Notes: a model not told the origin generated them from the sequence alone. 63,988 nucleotides of DNA, filler included, from Octopus bimaculoides (GCF_001194135.2; 6 parts of 4 records of this genome joined end to end with filler, not necessarily neighbours in it), one strand, 5' to 3'; positions 1-11,730 are shown, counted from the first letter of the whole stretch. Numbers and translations: made by a program.

Positions 1-92
1 CATCATCATTACTTCTATCGTTGTGATCATCATCATCACCGTGAAGATTATCATCGCCAAAATCACCATCACCCCTCCACCACCACCACCAC

Positions 93-137
<45 letters not shown>

Positions 138-412
138 CATCACTATCACCACCACTACTACCATTCTTGCCAGCATCATCACCATCACCACTCGCACCAC
201 CGCCGCCGCTATCACCATCACCATCACCATCACCATCATCATCATCATCATCATCATCAGAACCGCTGCGGCTATCATCAGAATCATCATCATTATCGTT
301 ATCGTTGTCATCATCATCACCATCTTCCCCCCCTCCCTTCCTCGTCACCGTCACCCTTATGATTGTCACCATCATCATGATGACCATCAACACTGCCACT
401 ATCATTAATTAG
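1..412. repeat. Compound trinucleotide microsatellite (CAT/CAC/TAT)n
   Basis: Directly visible degenerate triplet repeats; explains the homopolymeric ORFs 23-412 and 69-323. Confidence 0.9.
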
Positions 413-951
413 TCATTTCGTTAATTAGATCTCTCCCTGAACAAGACAGCTTTACGAAGTATGCACAACAGTCAAGTCGAGTCTATTATTGTTCTTTAAA
501 GCTCCCCCCCCCCACAACCACCATCATCAAATCAACTTTGATTGACCAGCTAATACGTCAAAGACAATCCGGTCGTGTCCAACACGCCTCCCCGTTCCGC
601 CCCAGGTGTAGCGTCCTTCATATTATGTCATCGCATGTAACCCTTCTTATCATTCTTGTGTTTAATTTCTAAGAACCATAACCTGATCTGTCATTTATTT
701 GGCTGCTATTTCTAGCTGCTCGAACGAGCGCGTTGCCATGACACAAAAGAGCACCCGAACAAGTCAAAGAGATAACCTCTACGCTTTTCCTTTTCTTTCT
801 TTTTTTCCCCCCATTTCGGTAACCAACTAACCACTACCACCACTCGAACGACCCACTAATAAGCCCGAACGACCCAGGCTTTTGTAAAGAAGCCTGTGAA
901 ATTTAAGTCGTACGGAGTTGAATCAAACTGTTTTTAATAATAATAATAATT

Positions 952-1110
952 AATTCGTTTTATTGGCCACAAGGGTTATATCAATTAAAAACATATAAGG
1001 ACAAAGACAGGACGAAGGTTACAAAAGGTTTTGTCCGAAAAGGTAGGAAAGTTCGTCTAAACAGAGGAAGAAAACGGAGAAAGATATAATAAATAAATGA
1101 TGATAATATA
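952..1110 (-). mobile_element. Possible 3' UTR end of an L1/Tx1-like LINE with (ATT)n tail
   Basis: Plus strand reads (AAT)n-ttcgttttattggccac..., resembling the ttttatttgccac terminus of the LINE at 8688; no coding similarity seen. Confidence 0.35.
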
Positions 1111-1451
1111 CACGCACGCATATGTATATATACACACACACACACAATAAAATATTTTACTCACTCCATCTGGAGAGAAGATTTTTTCTCAAAGAGTTAA
1201 GATTGAGAAAAACAGCCCTTTCCCCACTATATACAATAAACACCTACTTGGAAACGTCAAGAACTGAAAGCGCTTGCACATCCATAAAAGCAAAGCCTAC
1301 ACACATCTTGTGAAATCTCTTCCCAAACGTTAGTGTCTTTCGACTTTCTAAAAAGGTTTTTTTCTCATTCTTAATTCTTTGAAAAAAAAATCTCTCCAAA
1401 TATTATAACTGTATCAAGGAATTTCCAAAACACACTATATATATATATATA

Positions 1452-1802
1452 CTCTTTTACTTATTTCAGTCGTTTGACTGTGGCCATGCTAGAGCACCGC
1501 CTTTAGTCGAGCAAATCGACCCCAGGATTTATTCTTTGTAAGCCTAGTACTTTTTCTATCAGTCACTTCTGCCGAACCGCAGCATCAGTTGTCAAGCAAT
1601 GCTAGGGGGACAAACACACACATATATACATATATACGACGGGCTTCTTTCAGTTTCCGTCTACCAAATCCACTCACAAGGCTTTGGTCGGCCCGAGGCT
1701 ATAGTAGTAGAAGACACTTGCCCAAGATGTCACGCAGTCAAACTGAACTCGGAACCATGTGGTTGGTAAGCAAGCTACTTACCACACAGCCATTCCTGCG
1801 CC
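1452..1802 (-). mobile_element. tRNA-derived SINE family A, near full length
   Basis: Own strand begins GGCGCAGGAATGGCTGTGTGG (A-box), has a B-box-like GAGTTCAGT, then ttgggcaagtgtcttctactactatagcctcgggccgaccaaagccttgtgagtggatttggtagacggaaactgaaagaagcc, an internal TA/TG microsatellite and a 3' body. More than 15 homologous pieces occur in the window. Confidence 0.85.
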
Positions 1803-1810
1803 ATACTATA

Positions 1811-1866
<56 letters not shown>

Positions 1867-2756
1867 NNNNNNNNNNNNNNNNNNNNNNNNNNNNNNNNNN
1901 NNNNNNNNNNNNNNNNNNNNNNNNNNNNNNNNNNNNNNNNNNNNNNNNNNNNNNNNNNNNNNNNNNNNNNNNNNNNNNNNNNNNNNNNNNNNNNNNNNNN
2001 NNNNNNNNNNNNNNNNNNNNNNNNNNNNNNNNNNNNNNNNNNNNNNNNNNNNNNNNNNNNNNNNNNTATATATATATATATATCTTCCTACATATACACA
2101 CACACATGCATACACGTAAAGATCCCAGGAATGGAATTCAATGCATAATCAACATTTTTATTCTCCTTCTCCTTCTCTCACTGCTCACACACACACACAC
2201 ACATCTCCTTTGCACTTCCGTTCCAGAAACATTAGACTTCTGCAGACAGATATCCAACGGTTGCTTTAATCATGATTCAAGTAACAGCCAACGTTTGCAA
2301 TGGCGACAGCAGATCATGTATTTTATTCGTCTAATATGGCCGACAGACTTTTCACAGTGTTGCTCAAAGCAAGAAAGAAAGAATGAGAGAGGGAGAGAGA
2401 GAGAGAGAGAGCCTTCTTGTAGAACAGGATTGTACAACTAGTTTGCAGGGTCGTGTTGTTATTTGAGAACTTCAACACTCATTCGACAATAATTCACCTA
2501 ACCCCGTTCAGTTTTCAACTTAATGTTTTTCGTCTATTCCTTGCTACTTTCTTTCCCTTTTCTCTATTTGGTGGGTGGTGTATAAATAGTTATACGAAAT
2601 ACTGTGTGTATGTGCACACACACATGTATATACTCATAAGAATTCATTAAGAATCGCGGCATATCAACATGTAAGACGCCATATCTATCTATCTATCTAG
2701 CTACCTAGCTAAACACACACACACATAGTGTTGCAGAGGGAGGGAGAAAGAGACAT

Positions 2757-2779
<23 letters not shown>

Positions 2780-2802
<23 letters not shown>

Positions 2803-2966
2803 CGATTACATCGACCTGTGTTTCACTGGTACTTAATTTATCGAACCCGAATGGATGAAAGGGCAAAGTCGACCTCGGCAGAATTTGAACTCAAAACGTA
2901 GCGACTAGAGAAATACCGCTAAGTATTTCATTCGGCGTGCTAACGACTCTGCCAGCTCGCCGTTTA

Positions 2967-3030
<64 letters not shown>

Positions 3031-3401
3031 GTTTCAAATTTTGCCACAAGGGCAGCAATGTTGGGAAAGGGGATGAGTCGATTACATCGACTCCAGTATT
3101 TCACTGGTACTTAATTTATCAACCCCGATAAGATGAAAAGCAAAATGGACCTTGGCAAACGATTCTGCCAACTCGCCGCCTTAATAATTCTTTCTCAGAT
3201 TTGGGGGAAAGGATTAAGTCGATTACATCGACCCTAGTGCGTAACTGGTACTTATTTAATTGATCCCGAAAGGCGAAATTTGAACTCAGAACGTAGTGGC
3301 AGACGAAATGCCGCTAAGCATTTCGCCCGGCGTGCTAACAATTCTGCCATCTCGGTGCCTTGATAATGATAATGATAATAACANNNNNNNNNNCGGTGCC
3401 T

Positions 3402-3482
<81 letters not shown>

Positions 3483-3655
3483 GTCTTTCTGTTATAAGCA
3501 CAAGGCCTGAAATTTTGGTAGAGGTGGGTATGTCAATTTTCATCGACCCCTCTGCTCAACTGATTGTATCGAGGCCAAAAGCATAAAAAGCCGGAAGAAA
3601 TGTTACCAAACGTTTCATCCGACTGGCTAACGGATGCTAACCAGCTCGCTACCTT
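2780..3655 (-). mobile_element. Four head-to-tail copies of tRNA-derived SINE family B
   Basis: Copies at ~2780-2965, 3030-3183, 3195-3362 and 3482-3655. Consensus is ggcggcgagctggcagaatcgttagc ... gagttcaaattc ... gtcgactttgcctttcatcctttcggggtcgataaattaagtaccag. Copies are separated by (AAT)n/(AAC)n. Confidence 0.85.
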
Positions 3656-4765
3656 CAGTACATGCGTAATAATTGTTATTGATCGACCAGACAAATGATT
3701 CGCAGGTATTCGGCCACATGAATACGCATGCGCGACTCACAGAGTACGCTGTCCCAGATGCAGATGCCTCAGTGTGTCCTTGAGACACGCTGTATAGATT
3801 ATAGACAAGCATGGTTGGGTTTAAACTGTAGTTTCCAATTGTATTGATTACAGTAAATACAATCACGTACACGCATCGATATAGCTGAACAGTCTCAACC
3901 ATATCTACGCATTTTATTGATATCCGTGAGTACGATGACGCATCTTCCTATCGTGTTTGTTAGAGCTTCCGATACTTCTGCAATTTGCTTAGCCAGGTTA
4001 AGGACGGCATTTATAGGACATCTATTTTCGTGATCACACACACACAGACACAGTGTATACGCGTAATCCTGCAAAAGTGATTAATATATACACATACAGA
4101 CGCAAACACTGACGCACAACATCATCACCACCATCATCATTTTAAAGACCACATCTCCATGCTTGCATGGATCGGACGGAATCTGTTCTGTTGAGGCCGA
4201 ATTACAACGACTGGATGCTTTTCTTGTCGCCAACCGTCGCCTGTTTTCAAACAAGGTAATTAATGTTTTCACGTGGCCGTAGACATTTTTACACGGAAGA
4301 CTGGAAACGAATGACACCGCTTCTATGACAATCGTTTACGATTGTCAGTGCCAGGTGATGACAAGACAAGGAGACACAAACAAACGTATGTATGAATATG
4401 TATATATACAAGTGTAACTGTCCGAAATAGTTGTGACTTCTGGGACTTGATTGATGAAAGAAAGCCAAGAATGACCCGTCCTTTTTTTTTTTGCCTGTCC
4501 TTCTAACTGTTGTTTCTGGTGTCCGCCTTTGTGTCATCTATCTGTCCGAACGTTTTAATGCCCTCTATTGCGTTTTTGTCCCATATATATATATATATAT
4601 ATATANNNNNNNNNNNNNNNNNNNNNNNNNNNNNNNNNNNNNNNNNNNNNNNNNNNNNNNNNNNNNNNNNNNNNNNNNNNNNNNNNNNNNNNNNNNNNNN
4701 NNNNNNNNNNNNNNNNNNNNNNNNNNNNNNNNNNNNNNNNNNNNNNNNNNNNNNNNNNNNNNNNN

Positions 4766-4800
<35 letters not shown>

Positions 4801-4863
4801 CATGGTAACATATACTCCATCATCCTCAGGTAAAATTTTCAACAGGTAAGACACACACACACA

Positions 4864-5020
4864 AAAGGCTTCTTTTTAGTTTCCGTCTAACAAATCCAGT
4901 CGTATGATTTCGGTCGGCTCAGGGCTATAGAAAACGATTACCCCAGCTGCCATGCAGTAGGACCGAACCTGAAAACTCACAGCTGAGAAACGAACTTCTT
5001 AACCACACTGCAATGTCTGC
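4864..5020 (-). mobile_element. SINE family A, degenerate 5' half
   Basis: Homologous to 1640-1802. Confidence 0.65.
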
Positions 5021-5130
5021 CACACACATATATACATACACACACACAAAATAAAGCTTGAACGAGCCGGGTTTCTGTTAGAGGCCTGCGAAACTCTAAG
5101 TCACATGGTGTCGAATCAAACTGTTTTAGA

Positions 5131-5174
<44 letters not shown>

Positions 5175-5202
5175 ATAATAATAATAATAATAATAATAAG
5201 AA

Positions 5203-5233
<31 letters not shown>

Positions 5234-5270
5234 AAGAAGAAGAAGAAGAAAGAGGAGGAGGAGGAAGAGG
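5131..5270. repeat. Compound microsatellite (TAC)n(TAA)n(AAG)n(GAG)n
   Basis: Directly visible. Confidence 0.95.
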
Positions 5271-5731
5271 AATATGGTATAGAAGACAGGCTACAGCAAA
5301 TATTCTGCTCAATACCAGATTTGCTTGTGAGTTGTTTGGCCTTAGCCAGTTGAGCATGTCCCTTGGTGACTGACAATATGTGCATCTCTGATCACGAGCA
5401 GAAGTAGTGGGGGAGCATCAAAGCCATGCGTTGAGAGGAATTCTTTGGGGTTTGAATAATTCATTTCTGGAAACATGGGTGTTTCGTTCAACATCCTTCA
5501 ACAACCCTTATGAGCAGGATGGGCTACTAGACCTGAAGAAAATTCTAACTGGGCCCCACCTGCAAAGTCATGCGCTGTTTATCTTGATATGATATCACCA
5601 TGTTGTGCACATATGGTTGTGATGCATGTGCCTGGTGTACCCTTATCAGACGGGTAGTCATGATGGGTATATTGGGCTTCGTATATTTGTACCCCAGTGT
5701 CACTTTGGTGGCATGCACTGCTCTCTCATTC
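5265..5731 (+). mobile_element. Non-coding retroposon (SINE body or LINE 3' UTR) ending in (AAT)n
   Basis: Non-repetitive 470-bp block ending gcatgcactgctctctcattc followed by (AAT)n(GAT)n. No convincing ORF. Recalled as an octopus interspersed repeat, not verified. Confidence 0.45.
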
Positions 5732-5753
5732 AATAATAATAATAATAATAATA

Positions 5754-5793
<40 letters not shown>

Positions 5794-5794
<1 letters not shown>

Positions 5795-5950
5795 CCCTTC
5801 TACAAAAGGTACAAGTCCTGAAATTTGGGGGGACGGGATTAATCGATTAGATCGATCCCACTGTTTCACTGGTAGTCACTTGATCAACCCCTAGAGGATG
5901 AAAGGCAAAGTCGATCTCGGCGGAATTTGAACTCAGAACGTAGCGACGGG
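5794..5950 (-). mobile_element. SINE family B, 5'-truncated
   Basis: Homologous to other family B copies. Confidence 0.8.
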
Positions 5951-6275
5951 TGAAACACCAATGTATGTATGTATGTATGTATGTATGTATACACGCATGC
6001 ATGTATGTATGCTCACACTCGTGCTTCTAAATCCTTTTATATAATTTGAAACTATAACAAGGATTATATATCACAACCGTATTTTCATCACAAACAGGTC
6101 TCCATTAGCGTGTGTTAATTAATATCCGTAAACATGTCTCTATACCTATACACGCACATGCTTTAACACGTGTTAACCCCAAGACAAATCCTGAACAAGC
6201 AAACCTACGTGATCCAAATGATTCCAACCGTGGAGATAACCTACGATCACATCGTGCCCTATTTAAAACAGTACA

Positions 6276-7160
6276 GATCGTTGCTGTTATTTCTAAAAGC
6301 CCCAGTAACCACATAGATGGCACTTCGTTGGCGAAAAGGCGCGACTTGAGAGCGATTTAGCTCCTATTTCTTCTAAAACTTCAGAGACGGCGTATGATTC
6401 CACGTTGACGATAAGAAACAATTTGAGGGAGATTTGACTGTTACCTTTAAAAGCTCCAACTACTACGTACATAGTACTTCGTTGAAGTCAAGGTATGACT
6501 CGAAGAAGAATTGACTGTTATTTCTAAAATCTCCAGCGTCCACGCAGAAGGTCCCTCATTGATGATGGCGTAGATTTGGTTGCTATTTTTAATTGTTCCA
6601 GCGAACATGTACATAGTTCGGTGTTGACAATTTGAGGGAGATTTAACTGCTATTTCTAAAACCTTCAACAACCACGAATATAACTCCTAGTTGAAGATAA
6701 AATGCAATGAGGGATATTTGACTGCTATTTCCAGTTGCTCCAGCGACCACATAGCACCGCTTTGATGTTCACACGATTTGAAGATTTAACTGCTATTTCT
6801 AAAACCTCCAACAACCACGAAAATGACTCCTAGTTGAAGGTAAAAATGCAATGAGGGATATTTGACTGCTATTTCCAGTTGCTCCAGGATTCACATGGCA
6901 CCGCTTTGAAGGGGTTTTAACTGCTATTTCTAAAACCTCCAACAACCACGAAAATGACTCCTAGTTGAAGGTAAAATGCAATGAGGGATATTTGACTGCT
7001 ATTTCCAGTTGCTCCAGCGACCATACGGCACCGCTCTGACGTTCACACGATTCGAAGGGAGATTTAGCTGCTATTTCTAGAACCTCCAGCAACCACGTAG
7101 ACGGTCCCTCGTTGAAGCCGACATTAAGCTGGGATTTGACGGAAGATCTGGCTAGAAATT
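6276..7160. repeat. Diverged tandem array of ~13 units (~55-78 bp) with conserved core gattt(g/a)actgctatttcta
   Basis: Core starts at about 6276, 6354, 6431, 6508, 6573, 6640, 6715, 6783, 6859, 6914, 6989, 7061 and 7133. A ~140-bp A/B dimer is repeated three times between 6640 and 7060. Confidence 0.85.
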
Positions 7161-7771
7161 TCCCAGCAGGTCTGGCAACAAGCATAGAAAGCAAGAGACG
7201 TACAGCCTCTTCCCTTTAAAAACAAACAACAACACTCAGACTGAGTCAGTCGAAATCAATTTATTTTGTTAGACCTGGCTTTGACTGGCGGACACTTAAC
7301 ACGAGCTGCAAAGATCCATCAGATCCTCTTTTACAAATACGACCAACAGGCTATCGATCCTTTTAACTACATGTTAGCAATGTTTATCGATTTTTTTTCT
7401 TCTTACACGGGAATAGTAATCAAGCGATTAACAACAACACCAAGTCGAGTCTTATTGCTATTCTCTTAACGCTGCCATCCACCATCACCAGCACCACCAC
7501 CACCACCACCATCGCCACCATTAAGTCTTTCTCTCTTAGCCTTATTCTTATTCTTTTCTTTTTCCTTTTTTTCTGTTTCTCCGCCTCAACTTCGTCGTTC
7601 TCACGCCCTTTCTTACCCCATACATCTTAAGATTCTACTTCAATGCCGAACCAAAATCGTTCAGCGTTTCCAACGTACCAACAACGCAGATGCAACTTCA
7701 TTACGCAGTTGCATGAGCAACTAGAAATAGTAGCTAAACACGCCTCTTAAATCACACTCTACAAACATAAT

Positions 7772-7992
7772 AAAAAAATATTCAGACAAATACATAACAA
7801 AAACACCAAGACTTACAAATATATATAACATACAGAAAATTGCACTACTGGGCACTGCACACATCCTACGCAAAACACTTTCAATACAGTAACCATAAGA
7901 GCATCACAGCAAACCACAGCACATACCCAAGGCACACAGAGCTGCGCTCGGTAGTGAAGTGAAAGCACGTTATAAAAATAAAACTACTGAAC
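7772..7992 (+). mobile_element. 3' end of R4/Dong-clade LINE (restriction-like endonuclease C-terminus + 3' UTR)
   Basis: Translates KYSDKYITKTPRLTNIYNIQKIALLGTAHILRKTLSIQ* (TAA at 7890-7892), matching the QKxxLLGTARILR terminus typical of R4-clade ORFs; followed by (AAT)n. Confidence 0.75.
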
Positions 7993-8006
7993 AATAATAA
8001 TAATAA

Positions 8007-8442
8007 TGGTTTCAAATTTTGGCACAAGGCTAGCAAGTTTGAGGTGGGTATAAGTGGATTACATCGACCCCTAAATACTTAACTGGTACTTATTTTATTG
8101 ACCCCGAAAAGGCGAAAGGCAAAGTCGACCTCGACGGAGTTTGAACCCAGAACATAAAAACGGCCGAAATGTCGCTAAGCGTCTTAACGGTTCTGCCATG
8201 TCACCACCCTAATAATAATCTTTTCAGGTAAAGGCACAAGGCCCGAAATTTTTTTTGTGAGGAGGTGACTAGTCGATTACATCGACTCCAGTGTTTCACT
8301 GGTACTTATTTTATCGACCCCGTAAAAAATGAAAGACAAAGTCGACCTCGGCTGAATTTGAACTCAACGTAAGGACGGCCGAAACGCTTAGCAGCATTTC
8401 GCCCGACGTGCTAACGATTCTGCCAACTCACCGCCCCACCCT
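8007..8442 (-). mobile_element. Two head-to-tail SINE family B copies
   Basis: Copies at ~8007-8215 and ~8220-8442. Confidence 0.85.
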
Positions 8443-8458
8443 AATAATAACCATTTCT

Positions 8459-8674
8459 AAGGCGGCGGGCTGGCAGAATCGTTAGCACACCGAGCAAACT
8501 GCTTAGCGGTATTTCGTCCGTCTTTACGTTTTGACTTCAAATTCTACCGAGGTCGACTTTGCCTTTCATCCTTTAGGGGTCGATAAATTAAGTACCAGTT
8601 GCGTACTGGGGTCGATCTAATCGACTGGACCCCTCTCCCCCAAAATTTTAGGCCTTGTGCCTAGAATAGAAAAG
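8459..8674 (+). mobile_element. Full-length, young SINE family B copy with 13-bp TSD
   Basis: AATAACCATTTCT at 8446-8458 and 8675-8687; A-box-like TGGCAGAATCG and near-consensus body. Confidence 0.9.
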
Positions 8675-8687
8675 AATAACCATTTCT

Positions 8688-9580
8688 TTTATTTGCCACC
8701 AGAGCAAACGATTGGGGGACACTACAAAAACAGACATTAAGTGTTGGGGTTTACACAAAAGCATTAATAATATACAAAAGGAAGTAGACATGACTTATAA
8801 TAGAACAGAGAAGGAAATTATACAACAGTAAAAAGAAAGAGGGGGGAATAAGGATAATAGTGATATGGACCCCCTGATACGGGAGGACCTCTAGGAATAA
8901 TCGAAGAACCTAACTGTTCAAGATCTCCCTGAACAATAAGGGCAAACGACCTCTCCAATTCCTTTTCTCCGACTCAGAGGTCTACACTTAGAGCCGTACC
9001 AACCACTCTTGCCATTTTCGCAACTTTCACTCACTTTTCAATAAATTTACTTGAGGACAGCACCTCTTTCTCCACCCACACTTTCATCTTCAAGTGAAAC
9101 TTAAAGAAAAAAAAATCGATGAGGGCTCTACCAAAGAAGAATGTCTCTGTCCTTATGCCTCCCGACCTCGTCCACCGGACAACCTCTTTTGCCACAGCCA
9201 ACAAGCAAAGGAAAATTGCCTTACCAACCCAGTTAAAAGGAAGGCGGTCGGGCAATCTTCACTATGGACTCGGCCGACAGACGGATCTGTCCCACATGCA
9301 GCAGTAGCTGTTCGACGTGACTCCACGAGTCAGCAGTGCCTGAACGTTGAACGAGGACGTGCAGAACTGTTTCGCGCACCTCGGACAAGCCCGTTTGACA
9401 GCACATCCGTGCTGTAGAATTTATCTCGAACTGGTGGCGCCCCCCGCCTCGGTAGCACTGACAGGCCAAGGACATCTGGAAATTTACATTCAGGACCGCA
9501 GTTCCGCCAAGGAGACTAGCTGCGAAAAGACGTACCTCACAAACGGAGCTTCTTACCACCATGGGCTAAATAATGTTGGC
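8688..9580 (-). mobile_element. 5'-truncated L1/Tx1-clade LINE (ORF2 C-terminus with CCHC zinc knuckle + 3' UTR), frameshifted
   Basis: Joined frames read ...SLACQCYRG...LQHGCAVKRACPRCA/ETVLHVLVQ(R)SGTADSWSHVEQLL...AIFLCLLAVAKEVVRWTRSGG...FHLKMKVWVEKEVLSSSKF, the C-x2-C...H-x4-C region typical of L1/Tx1 ORF2. Confidence 0.8.
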
Positions 9581-9679
9581 TTTCCCGGATTTCATACATA
9601 TATTTCCCCGACGCCATTCTGGATAAGACGCCGAACTGTCACAGGATTATTCCTTTTTGTCAGCGGACAGGATCCACTT

Positions 9680-9790
9680 GAAATGAAGTGTTTTGCTCAA
9701 ATAATACAAACGCGTCCCTCTGTCCAGGAAGTGAAACCACAATCTTACGATCGTGAGTGCAACACCCCTAACCACAAAGCAACGCGCTTC
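9680..9790 (-). mobile_element. Degenerate tRNA-derived SINE head (family D-like)
   Basis: Own strand gcgcgttgctttgtggttagg...gtggtttcacttcc; similar to 30870-30977. Confidence 0.5.
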
Positions 9791-10047
9791 CCATATCTGT
9801 GTGTGTGTGTGTGTGTGAGAGACGAGAGAGAGAGAGAGATGGTGGGGGGGGGGCGTGAGATATCGGATTTCTCGTTTGATGAGTCATCAACTTCAATTTC
9901 ATCATAGCTATTGTAGACTTCATTGAAACTGTAACTGTTGTTATTTTATTGTTGTTTAGCCCTAGGTCAAATCTGATATGGCAGAAAAACAAAAACAAAA
10001 ACAATCATCTAAAGCATTTTAGCAATGAATGCGTTCGTATTTTAATC

Positions 10048-10263
10048 TTTTACTTATTTCAGTTATTGGACTGCGGCCGTACAGGAGCACCATCTAGAAA
10101 CGGTTTCAGTCGAACAAATCAAAACCTTAGTAATTATTATTTTTATTTTTCAAACCTGACACTAATTCCATTGGTCACTTTAGATAAACTGCTAAGTTAA
10201 AAGGACGGAAAGAAAACCAATACCGGCTGTGAACCGGAGCGACAAACACACACACACGTGAGC

Positions 10264-10294
<31 letters not shown>

Positions 10295-10640
10295 GAATTC
10301 TACGAGAATTACGTAAACGAGTAAAATGTAAATAGAATCAACAAGCCTTCACTATGTATTGACGATAATTGAATATAAAGCCCGTAACGGAAGAGCCAAT
10401 TATTTCCCGTTACGGAGTTTTCTGCCATTATATTAGAATAACTTCTATCGCCAGTATACAGTGAAGGCTTATAAATTTTATATACAACGCTACATATATA
10501 TCGGTCTGCCCAGTCCACTCGCAAGGTTTTGGTCGGCACGCGGTCATAGTAGAAGAAACTTGCCCAAGGTACTACGCAGTGGGATTGAACCGGAAATCAT
10601 CTTGTTGGGAAGCAAACTTCTTACTACAGAACGATCTAAC
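10048..10640 (-). mobile_element. SINE family A fragments (3' body 10048-10260; 5' head 10500-10640)
   Basis: Homology to 1452-1802. Confidence 0.7.
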
Positions 10641-11167
10641 TCAGACAACATTATCTAAAGTTTCCCTGTAATATTTCTTACAGACTGTAGGATGTGATAT
10701 CAATATGAATGATATTCGGCTGTTATTTCTAGCATGGCGAGGTAGCACGTAGAGTTTCCCCTCGATGCTCCGTCGTAGGATGTTAATAACGCGAGTGTAT
10801 GTGTGTGAGCAGTGATCAAATTTACACGATAATAATTGAAAAATAAAGAAACGAAAAAAGAGAGAAAGAAAGAGAAGAAGGAATTCGTAAAACGTGCGAA
10901 AAACACGAAAGAACAGGTTTTGTTTATTCTTGACAAATCTTAAAGAATGTCAGAAGCCATAAAGTTCAAAACGAAGAATACGTTTTGTAAGAGAAACGGC
11001 TCATCTGATATCTTTTCGCTTTGCTACTTGACAAACAGATCGGCCATTAATTTGAGCATGTGATGGCGAGACTCGAGAAAGCAAGCGTCAATATATAACG
11101 TCTCACTGGGTCATCACAATTACTCCTATGAATTTAAAATTAATACATACATACATACATACAGGTG

Positions 11168-11229
<62 letters not shown>

Positions 11230-11369
11230 CAGACATACGTATAGACATCTTTTAACTTTTACTGGCTTTAGTCAAGAAATTGACCCTATTACTTGTTACA
11301 TCAGTTTCTTTTGCGGAGCCCTTAAGGTTACAGTGACGTAAACAACACACACAAGTGTGTGTATGTGTA

Positions 11370-11410
<41 letters not shown>

Positions 11411-11589
11411 CCACACATATAATATACGGTTGATGTTAGACGATTCATACAAACACGAGCATCCAAAAGAATGACTTTTCTGTAATGTAATGTACGCAAG
11501 CACACGTATATGTATGCATCGTTGTATGTATGCGTGTGGTGAGCTAACAGTGCCGGTGGTTCGAAAAATAGCGTTCAATACAAAACTGG

Positions 11590-11730
11590 GAAGTGGTTGG
11601 CGTTAAAAGGGCATTTTCGCCGCAGAAACCTTGCCAAAACAGACATTAGAAAATGATTCCGACTTGGGACTCACCGGATCCTTGCCAAACCATCGAACTC
11701 ATGTTAGCATGGAACACGGACGTTGTATGG
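11590..11730 (+). mobile_element. Degenerate SINE/LINE 3' tail
   Basis: gtggttggcgttaaaagggcat...gcatggaacacggacgttgtatggcgatgag resembles a common retroposon 3' tail (recalled, not verified). Confidence 0.4.

Noticed and set aside
23-412. Long low-complexity ORFs (poly-[20 protein letters not shown]) here and throughout the track
   Set aside because: They are translations of microsatellites; those with X runs span N gaps.
6640-7080. Cluster of MEF2 sites (CTATTTCTAA/G)
   Set aside because: One mismatch to YTA(W)4TAR in every copy, and the word is the core of a dispersed repeat; no independent support.
6276-7160. CRISPR array
   Set aside because: Eukaryotic context, no cas genes, repeats are diverged and the spacers are homologous to each other.
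8459-8674. SINE-B as the non-autonomous partner of the Dong/R4 LINEs
   Set aside because: 3' ends show no similarity to either Dong 3' UTR in the window and tail polarity is opposite (ATT versus AAT on own strand).
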